Source of the DNA: Chthoniobacteraceae bacterium
GTDB taxonomy: Bacteria > Verrucomicrobiota > Verrucomicrobiia > Chthoniobacterales > Chthoniobacteraceae
Direction of reading: 5' to 3'
Length of the DNA: 64,000 bases
NCBI GenBank assembly: GCA_040081625.1
Contig: JBEBGD010000008.1
Coordinates: forward strand, 37,607 to 101,606
The number at the start of each line of letters is the position of its first letter. The stretch's first letter is position 1. Under the pieces are notes generated by a model. That model did no database searches, was not told the origin of the DNA, and saw only the letters and a list, made by a program, of their open reading frames with translations. The position numbers were made by a program, and so were the translations under genes. Positions 54,701 to 63,472 of the stretch are shown in pieces.

Positions 54701-55621
54701 GTTGCACGTGGACTTCGCCGCCTTGCCGGTGAGCAGGTCGTAGGTGCGCACGCCGCGGAGTCGGGTGTGGACGTAGAAATACTCCTCGCTCGCAGCCACG
54801 AAGGAGCCGCCGTTACCCTTGCCGCCGTCGTTGAGATTGAAATAGAGCAGACCGCCCGTCTTGCGATCGAAGGCGGCAGGCACGGAACGTCCGCCGGGAA
54901 CGAGGAGCATTTTTTCCGTGGCGACCAAAGCACCCTGCGGTGCCACGCCGGCGAATGACGACGCACTGTGCGGCTGTTTGATGAACTGCGCGCCGGTGCC
55001 GTCATTGACCCAGGCGACCTTTCCCGTTTCGGCATCGAGGGCGTAAAGGAACGTCCCCATGAACGGCCAGATGCTGGCGGCAAAATAAATCCGCCCGTCG
55101 CGAATCACCGGTCCGCCGCGCGCCGGCCAGGCGGAGACGAGACGCCCGTTGCCGAGCGCCTTGCGGTCGGATGGGCCGCCGCGAAAGGACCAGAGCGCCT
55201 TGCCGTCCGCCGCCGAGAGGCAGTGGAGAAAACCATCGTCGCTCGTGACATAGACTTTGTCCTTCCAGGCGACCGGCGGCATCCGCACCGGGCCTGCGGC
55301 AAAAAACGTCCACAGCTCTTTGCCGGTGTCGAGATCCAGCGCGACGACTTTGTCCATGTCATTGAAGCCGATGAACACTCGGCTGCCGAGGACGACGGGC
55401 TCGAAGATCTTGTCGTAGGGCATCAGGTCATGATTGAGCGGATCGTCCCAGACCTGCTCCCGCGCCGCATACTTTCGCTCCCACTGCAGGTGCAGCTCGG
55501 GCGGGAGCTGCTCCGATGACGCCGCCGTGCGTCCCGCATCGAAGCGCCACATCGGCCAGTCCTCCGCATGTCCGATCGTGAGAGCGATTGCGGCGAAAAT
55601 GAAGAAGCGGCGCGGAAGCAT
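51734..55621 (-). CDS. Secreted PQQ-like beta-propeller repeat protein with a central methyltransferase-like segment and a C-terminal malectin-like domain
   Basis: Signal peptide, then DWPMWRFDAGRTA; repeated ALDxxTGxxxW motifs; second DWTHQYGDIGNT propeller; C-terminal YTVRLHFAEP...RVFTVAIQG...FDI...CGVEL. Confidence 0.8.
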   Translation of the reverse strand: MLPRRFFIFAAIALTIGHAEDWPMWRFDAGRTAASSEQLPPELHLQWERKYAAREQVWDDPLNHDLMPYDKIFEPVVLGSRVFIGFNDMDKVVALDLDTGKELWTFFAAGPVRMPPVAWKDKVYVTSDDGFLHCLSAADGKALWSFRGGPSDRKALGNGRLVSAWPARGGPVIRDGRIYFAASIWPFMGTFLYALDAETGKVAWVNDGTGAQFIKQPHSASSFAGVAPQGALVATEKMLLVPGGRSVPAAFDRKTGGLLYFNLNDGGKGNGGSFVAASEEYFYVHTRLRGVRTYDLLTGKAAKSTCNEPVIVGNRLYSAAESENGVAVVRELGTSEEVHWEIEADGSGDLIKAGNQLYAAGKNGITAISLPHGTSKPSLKWTLPVRGEILRLLAANGKLIAVTADGRILAFGGKKMSKTKPIVTTPVDLQPDAAAVERARALLRLVQNPQAFILCHGTDDWKLIEALVHESSMQFVIVEPDADHVETLRRRLDAAGLHGTRASVHHATPATFKPPQYFAQLVVISPATAAVLKDEAVLRHVYQAVRPYGGVLALPQIDQQFADHVRNAGIEQATLRPTEHGLLVVREGALPGAADWTHQYGDIGNTVKSDDRLVRAPLGILWFGGNSNLDVLPRHGHGPPEQIVGGRLFIQGMNSISARDVYTGSVLWKHAFDDLGTFGIYYNETYADTPLSTAYNQKHIPGANGRGSNYVATADTVYLAVHGECHALDARTGSLRQKIPLRLKRDEAQPADWGFIGVLDDVLLGGDGFAHYSLKLGGAASTKTASIEDYSASDGLAAFDRHSGRELWRVKARHSFLHNGIVAGNGRIYCLDKLTTYAEGLLDRRGTPLPTDYRIVALDARTGAVLWEQQANIFGTWLGYSKQNDILLQAGAKASDRLPSEVGDGMIAYRGGDGGILWQDLKSKYTGPCILHNDLVFTGANSYANSNGVINLKDGTPHLVPNPLTGKMEPWRINRTYGCNTVVASENLLTYRSGAAGFYDLETKSGTANLGGFKSGCTSNLVVANGVLNAPDYTRTCSCAYQNQTSLGLVHMPEIELWAYSQFGLDGEEGERIQRVGINFGAPGDRRAPDGTLWLEHPETDGGISPGLEIEIKGDKIDWFRRHSSQVAGDDLLWVGASGLTGEAEIVIRPSLRKGELKKPPSSKKKDEDEDEGGGGKAKPASTPGVAEVKPAAEQVAKISHPPAPYTVRLHFAEPDGVADGGRVFTVAIQGKAALENFDIAQAAGATARTHVREFPSVLIGDTLTIRLTSARGSTAPPVLCGVELLAEKRTAGTP

Positions 55622-55732
55622 GCGGAGCGGCGTTGGCGAAGGTCGGAGCTAGAGACAATCTGCCGCCTCCGGATCTATTATCGGAAATGCCACCGCGTGC
55701 CGCGGCGTGCGCACTGATCTTTCTCCACAGCA

Positions 55733-57034
55733 TTGACGCTGCGTTTCGCGTTCGCTTGTCTCCCGTCCTTGACTGCCCCCCAGCACCACAAGCCGCCGCC
55801 AGCATTCGCTCCGAGTCAGCGCACCGTGCTCTGGGTGCTGTGGCTCACCTACGGATCGTTCTACTTCTGCCGGAACAACCTGGGCGTCGCCCTTCCCGGC
55901 ATCCAGGAAGAGTTCGGTTATTCGAAGACGCAGATGGGCACGGTGCTCATGGTCTTGAAGCTGGCCTACGGCGCCGGGCAGTTCATCAACGGTCAACTCG
56001 CCGAGCACTGGCAGCCACGGCGGCTGCTGGCGGCGGGCATGCTCGCCACTGCGGCGCTCAATGTCGCGTTCGGCTGGGCGACGGCGCTCTACTTCATGAC
56101 GTTCATCTGGGCCTGCAACGGCTACGTGCAGGCGCTCGGCTGGCCGCCGACGATGCGCGTCGCGGCCAACTGGTTTCCGCCGCTGCAACGCGGCCGCGCC
56201 ATCGGCATCATCGGCACCGGCTACCAACTCTGCGGCGCGCTGACCTTTGTCGTCGCGGGATGGGCGGCGGATCGCTTCGGCTGGCGCGGCGCGCTGTATG
56301 TGCCCGCGGTGCTGGTGACGGCGAGCGCGATCCACATGCTCATGTTTTTGAAAGACAAGCCGCAGGCGGAGCACGCGCTCGAGGAAATCGAGCACTCGGC
56401 GGCCAAGGCTTCGGTGCGCGAGAATCTGCGCGTGACGCTGACCAACCCGGCGCTCTGGCTGGTGGCTGTCACGCTCTGCCTGCTCGATGCCTGCCGCTAC
56501 GGCTTCACCGATTGGGGCGTGACGCATTTGAAGGAAGTGCAGGATGCCAGCGTCAGCTCGGCTGCCTTCAAGTATGCCGTGCTGCCGTTCGGCGGCATCG
56601 CCGGCGCATTCCTCTCGGGATGGGCCACGGATCGTTACTTCCAAGGCCGGCGCGCGCCGGTGATCTGCGGTCTGCTCTTCGTCCTGGGTCTGCTCACGGT
56701 CGCCTACGACTCGGTGATCCACTGGGGCATGATGCCTTCCGTGTTCATCCTCTTCTGCATCGGCTTCTGCATCTTCGGTCCGCAGGTGCTGCTGGTCGGC
56801 ACGCTGCCGGTGGACCTCGCCCGTCGCGGCACCGCCGCCGCCGCCGTCGGCTTCGTGAACTTCATGGGCTACATGGGCGCCGCTGCCGGCGACCAAATGA
56901 CCGGACACCTCGCCGAAGATCACGGCTGGCCCACCGCCGTGCGCTTTTGGGCCGCGTGTGCTTTTGGAGGCGCGCTGATCATCGCCTTCCTGTGGAAGAA
57001 AACCGCAGCTCCGAGCGAAACTTCATCGCATTGA
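55733..57034 (+). CDS. MFS transporter, GlpT/UhpC (organophosphate:Pi antiporter)-like
   Basis: YGSFYFCRNNL, AYGAGQFINGQL, NGYVQALGWPP...WFP..QRGRA, GWATDRYFQGRRAP, GPQVLL, AAGFVNFMGY; about 12 TMs. Start codon uncertain. Confidence 0.85.
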   Translation: MTLRFAFACLPSLTAPQHHKPPPAFAPSQRTVLWVLWLTYGSFYFCRNNLGVALPGIQEEFGYSKTQMGTVLMVLKLAYGAGQFINGQLAEHWQPRRLLAAGMLATAALNVAFGWATALYFMTFIWACNGYVQALGWPPTMRVAANWFPPLQRGRAIGIIGTGYQLCGALTFVVAGWAADRFGWRGALYVPAVLVTASAIHMLMFLKDKPQAEHALEEIEHSAAKASVRENLRVTLTNPALWLVAVTLCLLDACRYGFTDWGVTHLKEVQDASVSSAAFKYAVLPFGGIAGAFLSGWATDRYFQGRRAPVICGLLFVLGLLTVAYDSVIHWGMMPSVFILFCIGFCIFGPQVLLVGTLPVDLARRGTAAAAVGFVNFMGYMGAAAGDQMTGHLAEDHGWPTAVRFWAACAFGGALIIAFLWKKTAAPSETSSH

Positions 57035-57098
57035 CGCGCGTCAGCGGTTCCCTTCTCCACATCACGATGTCGTCACTCCTTCCCCGAACGATCATTTC

Positions 57099-57851
57099 AT
57101 GAGAGCCATCATCATCGCTGCGGGGCGCGGGCGGCGCCTGATGCCGACCACCGCGGACTCGCCCAAGTGCTATGCCGAGATCCAGGGCCGCCCCATGCTC
57201 GGCTGGGCGCTTAAGGCCTTCGCCGACGCGGGCGTGACGGACATTTGCTTCATCGGCGGCTACCAGATCGACAAGGTGCGCGCGGACTACCCGCACTTCA
57301 CCTTCCGCCACAATGCCGGCTGGGAACAGAACAACATCCTGCTCTCCCTCATGCACGCGGAGGACCTCATGGCCGACGGCTTCGTGTGCTGCTACTCCGA
57401 CATCCTCTTCACCGGCGATGTCGTGAGAGGCGTGCTCGATCATCCCGCGGACATCGCGCTGAGCGTGGATACGCGTTGGCTGGATCGCTACGTGCATCGC
57501 ACGCAGCATCCGCCGGACGACGCGGAGAAAGTGATCGTGAGCAACGGCAGGGTCACGCGCATCCATCGCGGCATCACGCCCGACGAAGCGTATGGCGAAT
57601 ACACGGGCATCGCGCGGTTTACTCCCGCCGGGGCCGCGGCGCTGCGCGAGCATTTCCATCGCGCGCAGAAACAATATGCGGGCAAGCCGTTTCGCGAGGC
57701 CGCTGTCTTCGAGAAGGCCTACCTGATCCATCTCTTCCAGGAAATGCTGGAGGCCGGCGTCGCCATGTCGCACGCCGACACACCCGGCCGCTACATGGAA
57801 GTGGACACGCAGGAAGACTTCGAACTCGCCCGCAAACACTGGACCCCATGA
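57099..57851 (+). CDS. Phosphocholine cytidylyltransferase (LicC/PntC)-like NTP transferase
   Basis: MRAIIIAAGRGRRLMPTTADSPKC, NNILLSL, YSDILF, GEYTGIARF, YMEVDTQEDF. Confidence 0.85.
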   Translation: MRAIIIAAGRGRRLMPTTADSPKCYAEIQGRPMLGWALKAFADAGVTDICFIGGYQIDKVRADYPHFTFRHNAGWEQNNILLSLMHAEDLMADGFVCCYSDILFTGDVVRGVLDHPADIALSVDTRWLDRYVHRTQHPPDDAEKVIVSNGRVTRIHRGITPDEAYGEYTGIARFTPAGAAALREHFHRAQKQYAGKPFREAAVFEKAYLIHLFQEMLEAGVAMSHADTPGRYMEVDTQEDFELARKHWTP

Positions 57852-58912
57852 GCAAACCCATCCTCTTCCCCGCCTCCGTCGTCGGCTCGCTGCCGCGTCC
57901 GGCCTTCGTCCTCGACCTCATCAACGAACGCCCACCGCTGAGCGCCGAGCGCTACGAACACGAGATGCAGGCCGCCGTGCGCTACGCCGTCGCGATGCAG
58001 GAGCACGCGGGGCTCGACGTCATCACCGATGGCGAATGGTGGCGCCGCTCATACATCGGCGTCATCGCCGAACTCGCGCATGGCTTTGAACTCAGTGCCG
58101 CGTCCGATGGCCGCCCGATGACCGTGGTCGTGGACAAGCTCTCGCCCAAGACGCCCGGCTTCATCGCGCGAGAAGCGACGTTTTTGAAAACGATCACCAC
58201 GCGGCAGATCAAGTCCACGCTCCCTTCGCCCGCGCTGCTCGGCGAGCGCATGTGGGACGCCGCGAAGTCCGCCAGGGCGTATCCGAACCGCGACGACTTC
58301 GTTCGCGACTGCGTGCCCGTCCTGCGCCGCGAACTCGAACTCGTGCGCGATGCGGGCGCGGACATCGTGCAGATCGACGACCCGCACCTGTGCCTGTTCG
58401 TGGACCCCGCGGTGCGCGGCAAGCACGCCGACCCCGATGCCGCCGCCGCTTTCGCCGTGGACATGGTGAACGAAGTGGTCAGCGGCATCACCGGCGTGAA
58501 GATCGCCGTGCATCTGTGCCGCCGCGCCGGTGGCCGCGCGCGCGGCGAAGTCTTCCACGGCGGCGGCTACGGCCCGATCATCAAGAACCTCAACAAACTC
58601 AACGTGCATCACCTCACGATGGAGTTCACCGCTCCGCAGGCCGGCGACATGGATGTCTTCAAGGAACTGCGCGAGGACCTCGAGATCGGCCTCGGCTGCG
58701 TGGACGTGACTCCGGGATTCATCGACTCCGCTGAAACGATCGTGGCACGCGTGCGCAAGGCGCTGAAATTCCTCGCTCCCGAACGCATCTCGCTCAATCC
58801 CGACTGCGGCTTCGCCCCCGGCTCCGGCGCCGTGGTGAGCATCGATGAAACTTACCAGAAGCTCTGCAACGAAGCCGAAGCCGCCCGAATCCTCCGCGAG
58901 GAATATGCGTGA
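57848..58912 (+). CDS. Cobalamin-independent methionine synthase II family protein (single-barrel, MetE C-terminal-like)
   Basis: VVGSLPRP, QEHAGLDVITDGEWWR, VQIDDP, and Zn ligands VHLCR, MEF and NPDCGF. ATGA overlap with the upstream gene; 354 aa. Confidence 0.85.
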   Translation: MSKPILFPASVVGSLPRPAFVLDLINERPPLSAERYEHEMQAAVRYAVAMQEHAGLDVITDGEWWRRSYIGVIAELAHGFELSAASDGRPMTVVVDKLSPKTPGFIAREATFLKTITTRQIKSTLPSPALLGERMWDAAKSARAYPNRDDFVRDCVPVLRRELELVRDAGADIVQIDDPHLCLFVDPAVRGKHADPDAAAAFAVDMVNEVVSGITGVKIAVHLCRRAGGRARGEVFHGGGYGPIIKNLNKLNVHHLTMEFTAPQAGDMDVFKELREDLEIGLGCVDVTPGFIDSAETIVARVRKALKFLAPERISLNPDCGFAPGSGAVVSIDETYQKLCNEAEAARILREEYA

Positions 58913-58921
58913 GAAAAAACC

Positions 58922-60322
58922 TCAGCGCGGCCGGCCCACTTTGGTGGCAAGCTCCGCGACCTTCTCGACGAGAACTTTCTCCGCTTCCGGCGCGAAGTAG
59001 CCGAACCCGGGGCTGAAGAGTCCGCGTGTCTCGTAGCCGCCTTCGCGGAGCACGCGGGCGGAAGGCATGTAGCCAAACGCGTCGTTGCAGTAGCTCGACA
59101 GCCACAGGTTGAGCGGGCCAAGCGTGCGCTCCAACAAGGCGGCATAGTCCACCACGACTTCGCCCGAAAGGCCGACCCAAGTGAGATCCTGTCCGAACTG
59201 CCACACCGCGATCGGCGCTGTGAAATGAGTCAGGATTTTTCCGTCGAGGCTTTGCACCGCGAGCATCCGCATGGCGACCCACTTCTGCCACGAACCGGCT
59301 TTCGCGGCGGTCGTCTCCAATTCCGCTTTGGAAGGCGGAGGTTGCAGCGGCAATTCCGCCGTCGCGTAGGCGGTGCGCAGCGGACCGTTTACCGGCTTGA
59401 GCGTGGTGCCGAGCACGCGCGCCACTTCGCGCCCGAGCTCCGCACCGTGCTGTCTGGCGATCTCCACGGACGGACGTTTGGCGGGGTCGTTGGTGCTGTT
59501 GGGATAAGGATTCGCATCTCCCGCCAGCCCGATCACGAACATCGCCTGCACGCCCGGGAACGCCTTCTCGACATGCGCCTGCGCGTAGCCCGCGAAGTCG
59601 CCGCTGACCTGATTGTCCTTCGATCCGAAGGTCGTGTTGTGGCAGGCGGTGCCGAAGAGAACTCCCATGAGCTTGCCCTCCGGCGTCTCGATGCGGAGCA
59701 CGGGCACGGTGCGGTCCACCGGGCCGCGCGGGTTCATACCGAGGATCACGCCGCGCGCAGTGAACTCGCGCCGATTCATGGGAAAGTTCACGACACCTCC
59801 GCCCCACGACAAGCGCGCAGGCTTCAACTGCTCGATCGCCGCGCCGGCCAGTGCGACGCATTGGTCCTGAAACTTGCGCGTATAGGCGACGAGTTTGTCG
59901 GCCTGTCCATTGCCCAAACCATCGTGGCCCTCCTTGTTGAGGATGACGGATGGGCCGCTGTGAATGTGCGACGCATTGAGCAGGATGCGCTCGCGCGGAA
60001 TGCCGGTGGCAGCAGTGATACGCTCGCAGATCGGCTCGGCAAAATCGGCGCGAAATCCGATCAGGTCCGCCGTGATCACCACCGCGCGCTTCCCGTCGCC
60101 GTCCTCCAGCGCCATCGCCTTCGCGTGCAGATCGTCGAGCACGCCGTCCGCAGGTTTGTCGCGGCTTGCATAGCCCGCGAGCAGCAGCGGTTCGTCGGGC
60201 GTGATCTTTGCGGCTGCGAAGCCGGCTTTCCAGTCGGCGGCAGCGGCGAGATGAAGAACGAAAAGCAGGCTGAGCGTGAGCAGGCCGGTTCGTGCGGGGC
60301 GGCAGATGGGGAGTGTCTTCAT
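58922..60322 (-). CDS. Neutral/alkaline ceramidase N-terminal domain family protein, secreted
   Basis: Signal peptide; WKAGFAAAKITP, LAGYASR, DDLHAKA, NASHIHSGP, GTACHNT, GLAGDANP, GYMPS...EGGYE. ATG at 60322. Confidence 0.8.
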   Translation of the reverse strand: MKTLPICRPARTGLLTLSLLFVLHLAAAADWKAGFAAAKITPDEPLLLAGYASRDKPADGVLDDLHAKAMALEDGDGKRAVVITADLIGFRADFAEPICERITAATGIPRERILLNASHIHSGPSVILNKEGHDGLGNGQADKLVAYTRKFQDQCVALAGAAIEQLKPARLSWGGGVVNFPMNRREFTARGVILGMNPRGPVDRTVPVLRIETPEGKLMGVLFGTACHNTTFGSKDNQVSGDFAGYAQAHVEKAFPGVQAMFVIGLAGDANPYPNSTNDPAKRPSVEIARQHGAELGREVARVLGTTLKPVNGPLRTAYATAELPLQPPPSKAELETTAAKAGSWQKWVAMRMLAVQSLDGKILTHFTAPIAVWQFGQDLTWVGLSGEVVVDYAALLERTLGPLNLWLSSYCNDAFGYMPSARVLREGGYETRGLFSPGFGYFAPEAEKVLVEKVAELATKVGRPR

Positions 60323-60428
60323 GGATGGATGCAGCGGAGAAAAGTTCGTGGCTGTGGGTAATTTAGCTGTCCGTATCGGCGGAGTCACACTCGACGTTGG
60401 TGCCGGTCGGGCGCTACTGAGGGGTGAA

Positions 60429-62393
60429 ATGAATTTCGCGCAGACCCTTTGCCTGATCGTTCTCGCGGCAGTTCCGGCGATGGCCGCGGATCTGGTGCTG
60501 GAGTCCAGGCGTCTGCATTTGGGGAAGGCAGGGCAGTGGGAGTGGGACTCGTTCAAGGACCGCGCCGTTGACGCGGAGCGGATCGAGTTGCGGTTTCAAT
60601 CGAATGCAAATGCCGCCGAGCAGACGCTGAGTATCTGGCAGCGGGACGTGAAGCTGTCGTGGCCGGTGCTGCTCAACAGCCGGAAGATTGGAGCACTCGC
60701 GACATCCAGATCGGCGATGGAGATCCTGCTCCCGATCGCGCCGGGCATGCTGCGCGACGGAGAGAATGTGCTGATCGTCGAGGCGCCGCCCGTGCTCGAT
60801 GACATCGAAGTTGGACCGATCGCGATCACGCCGAAGCCCGTGAACGAGGTGCTGAGCGGAGCAAAGATCGATGTAATCGTGACGGACGCCGCGACTGGAA
60901 AGGCGATGCCGTGCCGGCTGACGCTCACGCGCACCGATGGCACTTTGCAGCCACTCCGCGCCGAACCGGCGGGCGATGTCGCGGTCCGCGAGGGCGTGGT
61001 TTATACGCGCGATGGCCGGGCGCAGTTGTCGCTGCCGGCGGGTGATTACATCCTGCGCGCGGGCCGTGGATTTGAATGGAGCGTGGAACGAGCGGACCTG
61101 CATCTGGCCCCTGGAGACACAAAGCCGGCGGCGCTCAAGCTGCGTCGCGAAGTGCCGACCGATGGCTGGATCGCGGCGGACAGCCACATCCACACGCGCA
61201 CGTTCAGCGGTCATGGCGATGCGAAGATCGAGGAACGAATGCTGACTATCGCGGGCGAGGGCATCGAGTTGGCGATCTCCACCGATCACAATCATCACAC
61301 CGATTACGCGCCGTTCGCCGCAAGCGCCGGAGTCGCCGAGCGTTTCACGCCGATCATCGGAAACGAGGTCTCCACCAAGCGCGGCCACTTCAATGCGTTT
61401 CCCATCGACGCCGGCGCGAAGATCGTGAACCACGCGGAGGAAGACTGGACCAGGCTGCTGCCGGCGATTCGCGCGACGCCGGGCGTGAAGGTCATCGCGC
61501 TGAACCATCCGCGCGACATGCACAGCGGTTTCATTCCGCTCGGCGCCACGCAGTTCAAGCCGGGGACCGGCGAGCATCGACAGGCCGCGTCGCTGGATAT
61601 CGACGCGATGGAGGTCATCACTTCCGCGGCGATGCAGTCCGATTATCTTCTGCTCTACCGCGACTGGTTCGCCCTGCTCAACCGCGGCCACCGCATCGCC
61701 GCCATCGCGTCGAGCGACAGTCACGACGTGAACCGTTTCATCCTCGGCCAGGGGCGCACCTACGTGGCTGCGAAGGATGCCGATCCTGCAAACCTGGACC
61801 TCGACGAGGTATGGCGCAGCTATCGCGAGGGTCGTCTGCTCATCAGCCTCGGGCTGCTTGCGCAGTTGCGCGTCGATGATCGCTTCGGCGTGGGCGATCT
61901 CGCCACGAGTGTCGGCGACACGATCAAGGTGGAGGCGACCGTCTTCGGTCCGTCGTGGGTGCAGGCAGATCACATCGCGCTCTACGCGAACGGCTCCATG
62001 ATCCGCGAGCAGGCGATCCGGGACGACCGCCGCGCCGGCGAGAAGGCGCGTATCGTGTGGCAGATTCCGAGGCCCGCTCACGATGTTCATCTCGTCGTGA
62101 TCGCGACCGGGCCTGGTATCACCGAGGCGTTTTGGGAAAGTCCGTGGCCTTATCAGTCGAGTAGCAGGACGTTCGTGCCGCGCGTCATCGGCTCCACGAA
62201 TCCCATCTGGCTGGATGCCGATGGCGACGGTCAGTTTCAGTCCGCCTTTGCCTACGCGCAGGCTTTGATCAAGCGCCTCGGCAGCGAGCCGGACAAACTT
62301 CGCGAAGCCTTGAAGAATTTCGATGATGCCGTTACCGCTCAAGTCGGATCCTTGATCCGACCCAGTCAGGAAAACAAACCGCCAGCGCCATGA
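60429..62393 (+). CDS. CehA/McbA-like (PHP-fold) metallohydrolase, secreted
   Basis: Signal peptide; RAGRGFEWS, WIAADSHIHT, ISTDHN, GNEVST..GHFN, LNHPR, SSDSH, TNPIWLDADGDG. Confidence 0.8.
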   Translation: MNFAQTLCLIVLAAVPAMAADLVLESRRLHLGKAGQWEWDSFKDRAVDAERIELRFQSNANAAEQTLSIWQRDVKLSWPVLLNSRKIGALATSRSAMEILLPIAPGMLRDGENVLIVEAPPVLDDIEVGPIAITPKPVNEVLSGAKIDVIVTDAATGKAMPCRLTLTRTDGTLQPLRAEPAGDVAVREGVVYTRDGRAQLSLPAGDYILRAGRGFEWSVERADLHLAPGDTKPAALKLRREVPTDGWIAADSHIHTRTFSGHGDAKIEERMLTIAGEGIELAISTDHNHHTDYAPFAASAGVAERFTPIIGNEVSTKRGHFNAFPIDAGAKIVNHAEEDWTRLLPAIRATPGVKVIALNHPRDMHSGFIPLGATQFKPGTGEHRQAASLDIDAMEVITSAAMQSDYLLLYRDWFALLNRGHRIAAIASSDSHDVNRFILGQGRTYVAAKDADPANLDLDEVWRSYREGRLLISLGLLAQLRVDDRFGVGDLATSVGDTIKVEATVFGPSWVQADHIALYANGSMIREQAIRDDRRAGEKARIVWQIPRPAHDVHLVVIATGPGITEAFWESPWPYQSSSRTFVPRVIGSTNPIWLDADGDGQFQSAFAYAQALIKRLGSEPDKLREALKNFDDAVTAQVGSLIRPSQENKPPAP

Positions 62394-63463
62394 AAACTCA
62401 TTCCCGATTCGCCGTTGTGCTCTCGCTGATCCTGCTGATCGCAGGAAAGGGCGCCGCTCAAGACAACACGCGCGGACCGAGCGCCCGGCAGCTTGAGACG
62501 TTTCTCAAACAGAATCCCGGGAGCGACGCGAACAAGGATGGGAAGCTCACGCCCGAGGAAGCGCGGGACTTTCGCCGGAAGCAAAGGAGCACGCAGCCGG
62601 ATGCCTCAAGACGCGCGGACAGCCAACGACTCGCGCCGACGCACGCCAACGTGGCCTACGGCGACGATCCGCAGCAGGTCTTCGACATCTGGCTCGCGAA
62701 GTCGAAGGACGGCGCGCCGGCTCCGCTTTGCATGTTCATCCACGGCGGCGGATTTCGCGGCGGCAGCAAGAACGTGTCGGGTGCCGTGGTGCAGCAGTGC
62801 CTCGATGCCGGCATCTCCTTCGCCTCGCTCAACTATCGGCTCACGCAGAGCGGCAAAAATCCGTATCCGATCCCGATGATGGACTGCGCCCGCGCGCTGC
62901 AATTCATCCGCAGCAAAGCGGGCGAGTGGAATCTCGATGCGAAGCGCGTCGCGAGTTACGGTGGCTCGGCTGGCGCGGGGATTTCACTGTGGCTCGCGTT
63001 TCACGACGACATGGCGAAGCCGGACGCAAGCGATCCGATCGCTCGCCAATCCACACGGCTCGTCGCCGCCGCCACCACCAACGGCCAATCCACGTATGAC
63101 ATGCGCACCTTCAGCGAATGGTTCGGCGTGCCGGACCTGAAACCGCATCCCGCATTGACCGACCTCTACGCGGTGAAGACCGACGCGGACTGGAAGTCGG
63201 AGCGCGTGCTCAGACTCATGCACGACGCATCACCCATCTCCCATCTCACGGCTGACGATGTGCCGGTGTTCATGGTGTATGGAAAAGGGGACGTGCCGGT
63301 GGATGCGTCCACGAATGAGAGCACGTGGGTGCATCACATCCGGCTCGGTCACAAACTCAAGGAGGCCATGACCAAGCTGGGCCTCGAATGCACGGTGACG
63401 CAGGACGGCGGCGACGGCGCGGTGCGCGAGTTTCTGATCGGAAAGCTCCGCGCCGCGAAGTAG
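62390..63463 (+). CDS. Alpha/beta hydrolase (HSL-like esterase) with N-terminal EF-hand
   Basis: Signal peptide, EF-hand DANKDGKLTPEEA, FIHGGGF and nucleophile GGSAGAG. ATGA overlap with the upstream gene. Confidence 0.85.
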   Translation: MKTHSRFAVVLSLILLIAGKGAAQDNTRGPSARQLETFLKQNPGSDANKDGKLTPEEARDFRRKQRSTQPDASRRADSQRLAPTHANVAYGDDPQQVFDIWLAKSKDGAPAPLCMFIHGGGFRGGSKNVSGAVVQQCLDAGISFASLNYRLTQSGKNPYPIPMMDCARALQFIRSKAGEWNLDAKRVASYGGSAGAGISLWLAFHDDMAKPDASDPIARQSTRLVAAATTNGQSTYDMRTFSEWFGVPDLKPHPALTDLYAVKTDADWKSERVLRLMHDASPISHLTADDVPVFMVYGKGDVPVDASTNESTWVHHIRLGHKLKEAMTKLGLECTVTQDGGDGAVREFLIGKLRAAK

Positions 63464-63472
63464 CGCCGGTGC

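Noticed and set aside
57245..57847. Apparent 555-aa MetE-like ORF
   Set aside because: The first 201 codons are an alternate frame of the LicC-like gene; the real start is the coupled ATG at 57848.
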